Shown: positions 11,971-25,859 of the stretch, piece after piece | Position numbering within the stretch: position 1 is the stretch's first letter | Layout of the letters: each line of letters starts with the position of its first letter | Source: Octopus bimaculoides | Lineage: Eukaryota | Direction: 5' to 3' | Length of the DNA stretch: 64,000 bases | NCBI RefSeq assembly: GCF_001194135.2 | Contig: NC_068991.1 | Coordinates: 40,461,423-40,525,422, forward strand | The notes under the pieces: model-generated | What the model was told of the DNA's origin: nothing | Databases searched by the model: none | The model's input: the letters and a program-made list of their open reading frames with translations, nothing else | Translations under genes and position numbers: made by a program

Positions 11971-14944
11971 ATGGTTCATTCCCATTGTCAGCTGTATCTT
12001 CTACAGCTGCAGGCTGGCCAATGCCTTGTAAGTAAAATTAGTAGACAGAAACTGTTAGAATAATGTCTTCCCCTTGACTTAACATTTCACATACTTTGGA
12101 AACAGTTTCCATTCATACAAACTGTGTTGTTTGTTTACAGTCTTCCAAGAAAATATGTCCAGCAAATGAGCTGTTCATTATTCAAAGGATTCATTGAAAT
12201 ATTACCTTGCTTTGGAGACGAGTGAGGGTTGATAACAAAAGTACCATCCAGTTGTAGAAAACTATATCTCAACAAGCTCTGTCTGAACAATGCAAGCATA
12301 GAAAAGTGAGCATTAAAACAATGATGAAAAAGTCTTGTCATTAAGCATTAAAAAATTCTACTCATTCAGCAACAGGCAAGAATTTCAAAACACTAATCAT
12401 TTAATATAGCACTTTCAGTGTCTGTATGTTGCAGTACCCTACATGCCCTCATATATCTACACAGGTCAGGGTGATGTTCCACTTACCTGTATTCAGGATT
12501 AGGCATGTTTTGTTTGGGGGGTTTTTTTCAACTTTTTGCTTTCACTCCTTTATTTCTAATGTGCACTGTGATTTTATAACTCACTTCTATCTATCTATTT
12601 CACAATGCTTCAAATAGCCTACTTTTTTGTAATATGTATGGGTGTGGAGGTAAGATTGTATGGTTAAGAACTTTGCTTTGCAACCATGTGGCTTGGGGTT
12701 TGTTGTCACTTTGTGACATCTTGGAGAGGTCTCCTCAACTATAGCCCTTGTCCATTCAAAGTCTTGTGAGTAGATTTGGTGGAGGAAAACTGAAAGAAGC
12801 CCATTGTATATATAATGTGTACACACCTTTATCTTGCACAATGGTTGTGAACAAGTGCCATTGTCATGCAAGTTCTTTGTTTCCAGTCTTCCATGAAAAC
12901 ATCTTAAGGGATATAAAGTCCATCAGCTCGACACATATAAAAATGTAGATTAAATAAGGGTTAGCATCAGGAATCTTGGGGAAGTGAGTATATTGGTAAT
13001 GTAATGTGAATTTTTAAAACACTTGATAAAAATATACAAAGCACCATCTAAGGATCAGGAGGAAGTATGCTTATAAATTTCTTCTGGAATAGGTAGATAG
13101 GTGTTGTTTGTACTATAGGTATACTGGTTATATACATGTGTAGGTTTTTTCATGAATATTTGAGTATGGTTATTTAGAATTCATCCAGTGGAAATATATA
13201 ATTTATTTTCTGTAGTCTTGCAAGCACATTGTTTTAAGTAGCTTCTAAGAAGCTTGATTTTTTTTTTTTTTTTTCTTAGATGAACATTTTTTTCTTCTCC
13301 ATCTAAAAGTTTTCATTCCTTGATTTCTATGTAGGAACAGGAGTAAATAGAAAATGAATCATTAGTTTTGTAAATTCTTGCTGCAAACAGCCATTAATGA
13401 TATTCCTTTCATTCTCTAGAATTTGCAACCTTGTATTGACTAATTGTTAAGAATTACCATTATTGACTGAAATGTTGATAACTGAAGAATACATCAGAAG
13501 TAAATACTTTTGAGGGAAGTTTTATAAAATTTCATGTAGCTAATCCATTGTACTCTGTTCAATGAATAAGGTAATTAGAATGCATAAGAAGTGAGAATAA
13601 TCAAACTGATATGGTTAAGCTGTTTCATTATTGTTCTTTGAGACAATCTCTTACAGAGTATAATAGTTCGCTAAAAGATTTTAGAAGTCATACTGACAGA
13701 ACTGCATTGTGGAGTTTATTTCAGCTACTTAAAACTCTTACCTAACAACCTGCTGTTACACAATATAATATTTTCATTTAAAATATATTGTTGGTGAATT
13801 CATATTAAATAAAAAAAGTAGCTTTCACTTGGATGGCAAATGTTTTTGCTAAATTTAATTTTCCTGACAAGCAGAATGATAAATCTTTAACAGTATTCAG
13901 TGACTGAAAACTCCAAATTTACGTATTCACAGCTCCCATTTGACTAGCTTTTTGACATGAAAATATATTGTCACTGCTGATATTTTACCCTTTTGATATC
14001 AACCCACCCTTGATTCTATGATACAAACTTCCTAGTTTAAAGTTACCTAAATTAAAACCTTCCATGAAAATTTTGTTAAATTATATTCCAAAAAGTTATT
14101 TTGATAAATCATTTTTTTTAAAATTATTTACACAAAAGATTGTTCAACAGAAATATAAGAAAAATCATTAATATATATAACAATGTTGATATTTGCTATG
14201 GTCAGTAAGCCAGTTAAGATATACAGAGACAGTATTTTATCTTATTGTAAGAGAAAACAATAAGTTTTCTTAATTTTCTAAATATCTGTTGGAACTTGAA
14301 CCTTTATATATATTTCTGTGTGTATATATATGTGTATACGTACATTTCCTCAATTACATGGATTTTGGCATATTAACAATTCTGGACATATTCTTAAATC
14401 TCTTAGGTAACATTGCTCAACTGACGTGGTCTTTATTTGATGATTATCATAGACTCTGTTGGTTATATTACTATTGTTCACATTACAAACCACTCTACTG
14501 GATAAGCTCATCATCTTAAGATTTGTCCAAACTTACTGAACCTGTTTATACTTACGTAATCAATTTTGCCCTCAATTGCCTCTATGCAATTTCTTCAAAG
14601 AATTTAGATCTTCATGATGCATGTGAAATTTTTATTAATGTTATTTCAAAATAATTTAGTAACGGTGTTATTGAGTATAAGTATAATTTTATGATAATGG
14701 TCCTTTAGTGATTAGACATCATGACTTCATTGAGTGCTATGATTTTGTGTGTGTGTGTAGGTATATGTACACACACACACATATGTATATAATGCATTAC
14801 ATTCATCATCATGAAGTTAATGCATTGCAAACATGATTTCATATTGTCACATCCACTTTTATCAAAATATATTTCTTTCATGAATGTTATATAGTGCATA
14901 TTTTTCTTTGCTCTCTCTCACACATATATACATAATATCATGTG

Positions 14945-14977
<33 letters not shown>

Positions 14978-15615
14978 ATACATAATTTTGTGAACTATAC
15001 ACCAGTTTCAGTTGCAGAGAACAACATGCACTATTGCTGCCAAGTTTGTCTCTATCTGCTTCACATACCATCTGTGCATGCAATGCACAAATCCATATGT
15101 TGAGTTAATATTAGTGCACAATCATCATTTCATAAGCACACAAATAAATGTTTCCTATTGCAAAAAATCATTACATTCTCATTTACATGCACCTCATCCA
15201 ATTTATTCCATACTTACTACTTGGAATTCGATCCATGCTTTCATTAGTAATGATCAGTTTGTAAACTTTAATCTTTAGTGATAGTTGTTTTAAGCAACCA
15301 AATTATTAAGTTTTTATATTTATATTTTTTAATACAACCTTTAAGATTTGATATTTAATTTCAGTTCTACACAAAACACAAATCTTTATTCCATTTAATG
15401 TATTATCTAATAGCTCTTCAATCAACTATATACATAATCCAATGGTGAAAATAATAAGACAGCCTTTTCTACATTATGGTCAGTTAACTATATATCAATT
15501 CGTGACTGAGCAGTTCTAATGATAAACCAAAGTGGCGTGTTGTTGATACTGGTGTATTTTCATTTTTTTTATTTTTGTTTGTATTTTTTGTTTTTTTTTT
15601 TACTTTTCTTTTTAG

Positions 15616-15648
15616 GATGTGAAGGCATTGTATTGCCCCATGTTGCTA
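15616..15648 (+). CDS. Candidate 33-nt PMCA site-A cassette microexon (GCEGIVLPHVA)
   Basis: About 60-nt near-pure T tract and about 85-nt AG-free zone ending tttag|GATGT. Donor CTA|gtactg (moderate). Length is 3n and it is stop-free in phase 1. Confidence 0.5.
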
Positions 15649-16047
15649 GTACTGATAAACATTTCAGTTTATTACTTTTTATTTTTGTCAGTGTGTACAC
15701 ATTTATTTGTAAATATTTATATTGTTGATACAATTTGCAGAAAAATCTTGATGCTATTTGTTTACAAAACTTGTATAAAAAATATATAAATTGCCTTCCA
15801 TCCAAACAACTGCAACTGTAAACAGTATTTGATATGAGTAACGTTTACCAAGATTTTACTGCATTTTATGCACCAGAATTAATAAGAACAATTGTGTACA
15901 CACCATTCTCCATATTTTATTTATAATTTCTACATTTCTTTTTATAATCTACAGCAGCTTACTATTTTTTTCATGATTTTGTTGGTTAATCACTCTACAG
16001 CTTTACGTCTTAAGTTAATATCAATTTGTTCTTTCTGTTTTTATTAG

Positions 16048-16077
16048 TGCTTGCTAATGAGCCAGAGGGGAATATTG
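16048..16077 (+). CDS. Candidate 30-nt PMCA site-A cassette microexon (xLANEPEGNI)
   Basis: ttctttctgtttttattag|TGCTTG...AATATTG|gtatgt, a good acceptor with a strong donor. Length is 3n and it is stop-free in phase 1. Confidence 0.6.
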
Positions 16078-17982
16078 GTATGTGTATTTTGAATTTTTGT
16101 TTTTGGGCATGCTTGGGCCAGATTATGGTGTTTCTTTTCAAACTGAATCTACTATCTCTCACTCAATCCCTTTCTCTTGCTCTTCTCCTTCAATGCATAA
16201 TCTGATATCCTTGTTCTAAACTAAACAACTGTTATTGCCCTTTATCATTCATTAATCGTGTCCTGCACCCTGTTGCTTCCTGACCCATTCCTTGACTTCT
16301 GAGCTTCATTGCATGATACCACATTTATGTCCTCAAGTAATTCCGATATTAAGACACTGTGGCCAACACTAGCTATAACACACTACTTTGGTGGCAATGG
16401 TTTTCTGATGCTCACTTAGCTTCTATACAGGATAGTCCTAAAACCAATAGTTGTTGTTAAAGAACAATTTCAGATAATACTCCATTTTAACATCTCACTT
16501 TATTTTGTGTTCTTGCTTTCATTTCTTTATCTTCACTTTGTTTTTCTCTACCACCAGTTTTTCCTTACCTTCCTGTACTGATATAACCCTTCCTTTACAA
16601 GATACCCTTTTAAACAAAGACATTCTGGATTCTTAAACACTAATCCCGTCAACACTTCTCTTAGTTTGCAACTTCTGTTTTTTTTCCCACTTTTTTGTGT
16701 TCACCAAAAATTTTTAATATATTTTTGTTTTATTTGAGCATGAATTTACATTTGTATGTCATCATTTTTTATCTGTGAGTATTAAACACAAATTTCATTA
16801 TATACTAAACATTTTTCCTTTTTTTTTTTTTTTGTGGTCTAAGTTACTTTCTTTCCTCATTACAGTGTATATTTTTTTATTATTTTATGTTAAGACTTAT
16901 ATAATATTTTAAAATACATACTTTTTTATTGTATTCATAAACAACACACTAGGCAGCTTTTTTATTTTTACAAATCTAATCCCCAAAGGTTTAGCTTACT
17001 TAATTTAAAACCAGTGCCTTCTGTTTTAAATTTAGAAACATTTTTTTTTATTTTGTCCAAACATGTCAAATCAGATGTAAACATGATAATTTTTGGTTGG
17101 TTTTAGTTTTTCCATTGACAATTCTGTCGTATGGCTTTAGTTTTATGTGTATATGTATATTTTGTTTTGTTTTGTCGTATGTCTTTTATGTTCCTTTTTC
17201 AGCGTTTGTCCAAATGTACTTTCATTTTCCTGTTCTACAGGTATACTTCACTCCCCTCTCCCCCTTTTGTTGCGTTATTTGGAGGCTATTTTTAGGTAGG
17301 AAGCTGTGAAAGTGCAATGATATAAGCCTGGCTTGTTAGTCTAATTTCACTTGTTATTAATTCAGTGAAATCAATTTTGAGGAATGGTCTATATAAAAAC
17401 AATTTATCATGTTCTAGTTTTGGTGTCTATTCTTCTAAATCAAACTCAGTTGTTCAGGCTCTATCATAAAATTACAATTAAAATAGTTTGTTAATTCTAA
17501 AAGTACCCCCCACAAACACACAAAAAAAAATTCAGTTTTATACTTAGAAGAAAATCTAAGTAGATGCATAACAATTTTATACAAGTTACTTTTTTTAATT
17601 TTAATTTCCAAAAAAAGAAGTTTTTCTTTCAAGTTTAGATATCATAAATATACTAATTAGAAATAGAATATGACACTTACTCATAATTATTATAAGAATA
17701 ACACAAAAGTTTTCCTCCACTTTTATTCAATAGATTTGGAAAACTTTCTAATATTTCAGTAAACTTTGTTTAATGTTTTATAACATATTCTTTCAGCTCC
17801 ATTTGTGATTGCATTTTTTGCAAAGAAGTAAATATATCAGAAACTTTCAGTTTCTCCTATTTGTAAATAGTTTGTTGAAGCTTCATAATTTAGTATTTAA
17901 CTGAGGTGCTCTTAGCCTACTTGCACATATATGTGTTGCCATCTGTTTAATCATTGGTGGTATTTCACCATTTGAATTTCAG

Positions 17983-18060
17983 ATAATAATAAAGTGAATA
18001 CTGCGGACTCAGGAAAGAAAGCTTCCCATGTCTCTAAGGCATGGCTTAATAAATCAAGCT
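17983..18060 (+). CDS. Candidate 78-nt PMCA site-A cassette exon (xNNKVNTADSGKKASHVSKAWLNKSS)
   Basis: gaatttcag|ATAATA...TCAAGCT|gtaagc, with about a 65-nt AG-free zone upstream. 26 codons, open in phase 1, giving a hydrophilic Lys/Ser-rich peptide. Confidence 0.6.
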
Positions 18061-19668
18061 GTAAGCGATTTCTACTGTTTCAACATATTAAACTTGCTGA
18101 GCCCTATCTTTGTTGGCCTTCATCTTCTTTCTTACTGCTATTTCTAACTTCCTGGAAAGCACCTACTTTACCGTACTCTCAGTCCTCTGCCACAGACTTT
18201 GTGATTGTTATTGTGTAGCTTATTGATAATGTGGAATAATTTCTTCATTTCTCCTTGACTTGTTGTGCTTTCTCAGTTCAAATGTTGTTTTGTTCAATGT
18301 CTTAGTTTTTCTTTCAGTTACAATTTATTAGTTGCTTAGATCTTACCACTCAGAAGTATGTTACTTCTGAAATCTGCCCTAGTCAATTATCCTCTGCTCT
18401 TCCAAGGTCAGCTAAAATAGAAACTTCTGAATGTAGGTCTTGCTCTATAAACAGATCTAACTAAGCTTCAATGTTTGAAACAAATCCTTTTCAATCTGTT
18501 TACACATTTATGTCTGTGTTTATTCTAATGCCACCTAAATTGCAGCAATCCAGAACTATGAATAATACATGTGCTGTTTTATTTCAATGTGTTGACAACT
18601 TCTACACACATAGATATTTGCACGTTAGTATGCATGCATGCATACTATTAAACAAAAGAAATTAACTCAGTTTTTTGCATATATGCGCCCTGAATAAATT
18701 TTACACGCTTCATTATCATTTCTTTCTTTTTATTGCCCTTTTATAGAAAGTTATTGATAGTTTCTTAAATACAATAGGCTAAAAATAATATATACATATC
18801 TACTGTCATTTCAAATTAAAGTTACTCAGCATTTAATCTGCGTAGTTGTGAATAAAGATGTTTTTTTTTGTTTTTGTTTTTTTGAAACGAAATGAAAAAT
18901 ATTTGAACTAACAACTGCTGAAATCTTCAACCCTTGATTAATAGAAATTACATTGATTATCCTCTAAAGTATAAGGATAAAATGTCTAAGCTTCTTATTT
19001 GATGTTTCAGTTTTGATTTTGTTTTGTTTTTTACCCAATGAGCTCTGGTGAAACAATTATTATCACTGAGACCAATCTTCTGTTGGGACAACCCCCAAAG
19101 ACAGTATGTCTAATTATGGATTGGTTTTATTGATAGTTTTATGCTAGAAAAATTTTACCACAGATGATGGTACAGGCAGAGTAGTAACTTCAGTAGGATT
19201 TCAATTTGGGACTGTAAGTTTTTGAGTCCTCAGTGAATTATGTTCTACTCTAGCACCTAACCATTGAGTCACTTTCTGTCATTGTTTCCATCATGCAATT
19301 GTCAACTTTGAAACCTACCCTATACTTAATGGTACTGGAAAATCAGGCAGTTTTAAGAATAGCTTTTAAGAATTACAGATTAAATTTTGCTCATTTCAGT
19401 ATCATACAATGAGGAATGCAATGCTTTCTGAAGAAAATATTACTTATGCAGGAGACATTATTTAATAGAGAAATTATCTAAAATTCCATACATTTTCAAA
19501 AGTTTTAAATTAAATAGAAATTGTTCTCCAATAATATGTTTTTGCAATATTTAAGGATCTCTTTTCTTTTTAAATTCTATCTTGTATAAATCTTTGCCAT
19601 TATATTCTAAACATGTCTTTGCTTATTTCTCTGAGACTGTAGTTGCTTTTGTACATTGCTTTCAACAG

Positions 19669-19710
19669 AGACAAGAGATGAAGAATGGCATCTCCACAGA
19701 TTTAAGCTTT
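19669..19710 (+). CDS. Weaker candidate 42-nt cassette exon (xTRDEEWHLHRFKL)
   Basis: cattgctttcaacag|AGACAA...AAGCTTT|gtgtat. UGC about 12 nt before the AG; 3n and open in phase 1; weak donor. Confidence 0.33.
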
Positions 19711-20279
19711 GTGTATTTTATTGAAAGGAAAAAAAAATCTATTCCTTGTGTGTATCTGTATGTTCAACATGTTGGCTATTTCTCCAAACTTCTACTTTTA
19801 TTTATTAGGTAATATCTCACCATCTGGTACAGTTTGATGTACAGTAAATTGTTTGAGTGAATACATGTTCTGTATTCATCAGTAACATCAATATGCACAT
19901 ACATATACATATGTGTATATTATACATTTTTATTTTTGTTAAACAAAAATCAGTTTTATTGAAGAGCTGTTGGTGTTGTGTGCCTGTTCATGCATGCAGA
20001 TTGGCAAAATGCCAATGTGAAGACAGTTGCTTTCTAAGTAGTCTTTAAAAAGTCAAATATTAAAAATTTTTTCCTTTCCATATTTCAGAGAATAGAATCA
20101 AAACTTTTCTCAACCAAAGTATTATTTTCTAGTGTGTGTGTGTGATATGCATTCATCACATGAAAATATTAGCATTTCTTGTATGCCTTGCATATAGTTT
20201 TCTTGATTTCACTTATTGGACAGTGGTCGTCCTGTGGTACCACCCCAAAGGTATAAGCTTCTTCTCAACCTCAATTTTT

Positions 20280-20327
<48 letters not shown>

Positions 20328-20328
<1 letters not shown>

Positions 20329-20855
20329 ATAAAATGTCAGGACATATGAGAGGTGAATATATTTAACCACTTGACATGCATAGGATTACAGCTGTTTCAC
20401 AACCTTCATGTAATAATAATTTCCGTGTATAATAAATTATGTTTATATGTCTGCACTAATATGCATGCTATGCATTATACAATACAATTGTACATTCACG
20501 AATCATTAAGTAGAGAAAGCTAGCTCATCAGATCACCAGAACATCAACTGTATGTATACATACAAAATTTTCTCTTTATATATACAATCTATGAATGATC
20601 GAGATTGGATAACATTAGCTTGGCATGGTCAGTGATAACAAAGGTGTTGTTTCAAATTAATTAGAAAATATGATTGAAATTAAGGTTCATATAGATGTAT
20701 AATGTGTAACATGCATATTAATGCAGACATGTAAACACAATTTATTATACGCTGAAATTATTATTACATGAAAAAGGCTGTGAAATGGCTGTAATGCTAA
20801 AGATGTCAAGTGGTTAAATAAAAATAGTACCTCTCATACATCCTGACATTTTATG
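20328..20855. mobile_element. Non-autonomous element with long (about 150 bp) terminal inverted repeats
   Basis: cataaaatgtcagga...atttaaccacttgacat...ttcatgtaataataattt on the left is mirrored by attattacatgaa...atgtcaagtggttaaat...tcctgacattttatg on the right. Sits next to a (TA)n run. Confidence 0.8.
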
Positions 20856-22366
20856 ACTTATATACTCCTCATGAAATAATTTCATTGATCAGATCTTCTG
20901 GATTTCAGCTGCAAGGAACTCTGTATTGGATTTATTATGTGGTCTGTTAGAGAAGCTTTCTGTGATAGCCACACAGTTCTATAAATCCATACATTACTCT
21001 GCAAATATATGTGTAGTGCGTGTGTGTATTTATAGATATGTGTGTGTGTATTTCATGTGTGACATACATGCATATATATGTATATATGGCCTGGTTCTCT
21101 TGCTTATGTCAACAAGTGTTCCAGTTGATAATGAATAGAACAGTCTGCTCATGAAATTAACATGCAAGCGATTGAGCACTCCACAGACATGCATGCCCTT
21201 AATGTAGTTCTCAAAAGATTCAGTATGACAAAGAAAGTGACAAGACTGGCCCTTTGAATTACAGATACAGCTCGTTTTTTGCTAGCTGTAGCAAGGTGAA
21301 ATAAATTGTCTCAAGGATACAACATACTGTCTTATGATCATGAACCAGATGTACTGACAATGTACTGACCTTATGATTATGGACCAAATACCCTAACCAC
21401 TAAGCCATGGGCCATGATGTGCGTGTGTGTGTGTGTAATGATCATTATTTACCATTCAGCTTCCATAATAACATAGGCTACACAGTTTGACAGGACCCAA
21501 TGGGTGAGAGGACTGTATAATGTTTCAGTGTTTGCTTTGGCATGGATTCTACAAATGGATCCCCTTCCTAATGCCAACCACTTTGCAGAGTGTACTGAGT
21601 GTTTTTCTCATGTTGCAATGTTTAGGCTCCAAAATAGCCCCTATAACTGTGGGAGAACAGAAGAGAGAGTAGACAATGATCCTAGGTGAAGGGCTGAAGG
21701 AATGGCATGTAAGAGGGAAGGCTGGGGAACTATGGCAGGGAACAAGGGAAAGGGGAAAGGATTAGTGACAGGGTTGAGAAAAGGTGGATGTAGAGTTGAA
21801 AGGTGAGAAGATGAGTTGTGTTAGGCTATTTGACATTATAACCTGTGAGTAAAGGAAGGAACAGGGAGAAATAGACTAAGTGGGAAAGGAATCCTGCATG
21901 AATAATTGAATAAAAGAGATATGTGGTAAATTGTGCCAATGGGTGGGGAGATGAGAAGGTGTGTTGAGTGTTGTGAGAGAAAAATGGTAGAGGGAGATGG
22001 GTGAGAAGTAGACACTTGAGAGTACCATACAAGCAGGAAGAAGAGCAGTGTGTTAATACTACAGAAGCATTATAGAGGAAGAGGCAGTGCAAAAGAAGGA
22101 GGAGAGAAAGCTAAGTGAGGAAACAGTAGATAGGTGCAGCAAGAAAAAGGAAAAGCTAGAGAGCATCCAAGAGCTGTAAGGAAAGGTTGTGAGATGATGG
22201 GTGGTAATAACAGTAACTCAGGAAAAAAGTGTGATGTGAATAATAAAGAGATGCCAGTCCTAGAAGGGAGATATAAGGAGATGTAGGCTTGATGAAGTTC
22301 AGTTTACATACATATATACATACATATGTGTTTAGAGAGAGATGTGTGTGTGTGCATATATGTATG

Positions 22367-22397
<31 letters not shown>

Positions 22398-25300
22398 TAA
22401 ATATATAGATGATATGTACAGAAAACAAGACAAAGACAGGTGAAAGAACAAGCAGGTGTATTAGTTTGATGCTTGGGAAGAAGGAAAAGTCTTTAAAGTT
22501 TGACAGAAAGGGAAAGAGAAAGAAAAGACAGAGAAAAATGTGCTGGGGTTAACAGTTTAGCATGATGAAATGTGTGTGTATGTATATAGATATATACGAG
22601 TTGTCTAACAAGTGATTTGGTCTGAGACCATGTGTTATAACTAAAGCAATTACAGCATTGAAGACATTTGTTAGCGATTTAAAAGATGTTAACTTCAATT
22701 ATTTATGTCAAAATTTTCTTCTCAGTATCTGCAACCTGACTACTGACACAGTTTCACTGCAACTGGTCTGAGACAAGGCTATTGATCAATATATGTAGCC
22801 ATTGGTAGGTTTTAAACAGTCATTCTGGTTACCATCACCTGGTGCTCGGTGTAGGTCAGTTCATTTGGTTTTTTATTGAAATTCATGGGGGGGGGGGGGC
22901 TGATGGCATTGTACAATCTAGCAGAATCAGAGTTTGATAATTTCAGAGAAGAGAATTTATCAATCCAAGACAACAGAACAAACATAATAGGAAGAAGAGT
23001 TGATACAAACAGTATAAGATGAGAGTGATAGCAACAGCAGTAGTAGCAAAAGTGGTATTGTGGCACTTTTAGTGACAAATATAGTAAATCCTTTAAATTT
23101 AACTAAATAACAAAAATTTTATAGATGAAAATTGTTGCTAATTAAATAAGCAGATGAAAGACTAAATACTAAAAATTGGTACAGGTACTAAAAATAACAT
23201 AATAATAATGACAAAATGATGATGATGGATAAAGAGTGGATAAAAAAAAGTAATAGTAAATAAAAGGTTACAGAGAAGCAAAAAGATGGAAAATTGAGCA
23301 CTTTTCACATGAGGTGTGCAGTTTTTGCAGTTGAGGCTATGCATATGCAGACAAATTCTGTGACTTGCCTTAGTATAGTATCAGAGGCATGGGTATGATA
23401 TCTAATTTAAGTTTATGGAGCCATTATGGTAATCAAGTGCATGTTGTTAGAAAAAAAAGAGGTCTCTTTTCAACATAGCTATTCCAGTACTCCCTGAAAC
23501 TTTAAAACTCTTAGATTTGCACATGCTCCTTCCAGACACCTTATCTGATATACAGTGTTTTTAACTTGTGATTGATATGTGGATTTGTGGTACGTACTAC
23601 ACAGTTACTTTGATGTCATTGTCAAAGGGATAAATAACACTTACAGATAACAGATTTAATGAATCTACTTTTTGACAACCTTGATATTACAGTTAAATAT
23701 TCTAATTAATTCATTCTTGGACATCACATCAACAAACATAATATTAACAAACTTCCTGTTATCATACCACATTTTTATCTTGATTATCTTGTCTGGAGCA
23801 AAAAAAAAAACTAGGCAAAAGAGGAATCAAGTGTTGTTTTCAAAAAAGAAGACTCTGGTGTGATGTATATATGTATATGTTTGGACATGTGATGTGTATG
23901 AATGAGGATAGCTTTTTAAAGAATTTGCAGAAGAGGTGGACTCAAGAGATGAAGTGGTGATGGCTAACTTCAGGAACTTGAATCTGGAAGAAGAGATGAC
24001 TAAGGTCTTGGATCTTTGGTGATATAAGGTTTTTGAAAAGGTTTTTTCTCAGCAAAACTAAGTTCTGAAAGTGCTATGTTTCATGCTTTCCACCCATGTT
24101 ACAATGACCTTTCCCCTGCCCCACCTCAGCTCCTACAGACTATCCAACCATGTCACCTCCCTCCTGGGAACTGTATCATCTTACTACTCCTGCCATTCAA
24201 CCCCCACCTATACACATTCTCTTCCGCATCCCTCTATTTTCCCCAGCTCATTGTTCTTGTTCATTCACCCTTCAACCCTACCCGTTTTGGCAGTCTGCCC
24301 CCATCCCCTCATTCAGCTTCCCATACTATCTTGTAAACTGACCATTCACCTACACACTTCTACCCAACTTGTGCCTTGCAGGGCCATTTGGGCACCTCCT
24401 TCCCTATATCTATCTCTTGTAGCTCTTACTGATCATTTTCTCTTTCTCTCTGCCCCCATCCTTCTTATATTAACTCTTTCATCCCCTGGCATGAAGCTGA
24501 CTCTCCACCACCACTCCCAGGGCCCACACTCCTGTAAACTGCATTGTGACTACAATAGTACAGATAGCACAAAAAAGCACCTACTCCACATTGTAAAGTG
24601 GTTGCCATTAGGAAGGGCATCCAGCCATAGAAACAATGCCAAAGCAGACATTGGAGCTTGATGCAGTTCTTGGATACATCAGATCCTGTCAAATTGTCCA
24701 ACTCATACCAGCATGGAGCATCAATGTTAAATGATGATGATCATGATGATCTCCACCTACTCTGTCCCAGAACTTATTGCAGTTTAGGGGACATGCTCCA
24801 TCCACATAATTTTTGATGTTGCCTTCCAATCTTTTCTTCACTCCTCTATACACCCTGATTCTATCATTTTTGTGTAGTCAGACAACTGCATTTGGAATAT
24901 GAAATGTTGAGTATGTCTTTGCCGTTCTTGAGTTGGCATGATGATGACATATCCCTTGCCACTCCCACTTGGTCTGCCACCAGGGTGTTAGTTTTGGGAG
25001 CTTCTGACATAACTGAGTCCTGCATCACAAATGAGTTCATCATTGGTTTGCTATAGTGTTGTTGCTGATACCACTTTCACACCCACCCACCCTCTTATAA
25101 TGTTTGTATCAACCCTTCTATTGTCTTTGTTCTGTATTAGATTCCCTTTGAAATCATTAAATTCTGATTCCGCTAGACTGTAGAATGCCATTAATGTTCC
25201 CATTGATAGAAGAAATGAAGAGAGAGTACATACCACAACCATGAATTTCAACAAAAAAAGACAAATGAACTGACTAATATAAATGAGAGAGAAAGAATAT

Positions 25301-25620
25301 AGCAACTTCCCTTAGTCTTGAAAGACCATGGATCTATGATGCTGGAAAGATTTGCTTCACCCTTATTTGTAGAGCAATGTCTACTGTGATTATAGAGACC
25401 CACACATGAGTGACAGTCTTGGCTGCAGTGATTGCATTTGAAGTTGCTGTCCCCAAGTCTTGTCCTGGTATTAGGTTTTCCATAGGTTTTCTTTTTCTTT
25501 TTGCTGGTCTGAACAAAACAAAGTACTGGGCCAAGGCGTTAAGCACTCTCCTACCATTGCTATTAACAGCTGCAAGCTGGAGGCAGTCTACAGATATGTT
25601 TATATGTGTGCGTGTACAGG

Positions 25621-25651
<31 letters not shown>

Positions 25652-25859
25652 ATATAGATAGATAGATATATGAATGTGTGTGTGAATGCATATGTGTATG
25701 TGGCTGTGTGGTTAGAAGTTTGCTTTGTAACCACATGGTTTGGAGTTTAGTTTCACTGCATGCCACCTTGGGCATTTGATTGAGAGAAAGTGTGTAGAAA
25801 TCCATTGTGTGTGTACACATTCATATATTGCACTCATTTCTGACACATCTGCTGTAAAT

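Noticed and set aside
12481-12490. Antisense gene suggested by a minus-strand CAG|GTAAGT
   Set aside because: No matching acceptor or open frame found.
13280-13330. Strong acceptors at 13279, 16738 and 29881 with 3n spacing to a GT
   Set aside because: In-frame stop in phase 1, and no independent sign of regulation.
14608-14622. Further 3n phase-1 microexon candidates: 14608-14622, 17075-17095, 17241-17273, 18183-18200, 30035-30043, 31131-31133, 315-329
   Set aside because: Weak donor or acceptor; this many are expected by chance. Worth adding to a junction library but not callable.
17203-17295. 93-nt open phase-1 segment with AG/GT ends
   Set aside because: The peptide is strongly hydrophobic and aromatic (typical of translated polypyrimidine tract) and implausible in a cytosolic loop.
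24071-24661. Longest ORF in the track (196 aa) as a gene
   Set aside because: Low-complexity pyrimidine-rich sequence (possibly a decayed Penelope-like remnant) running into an RTE tail; no domain motif or splice structure.
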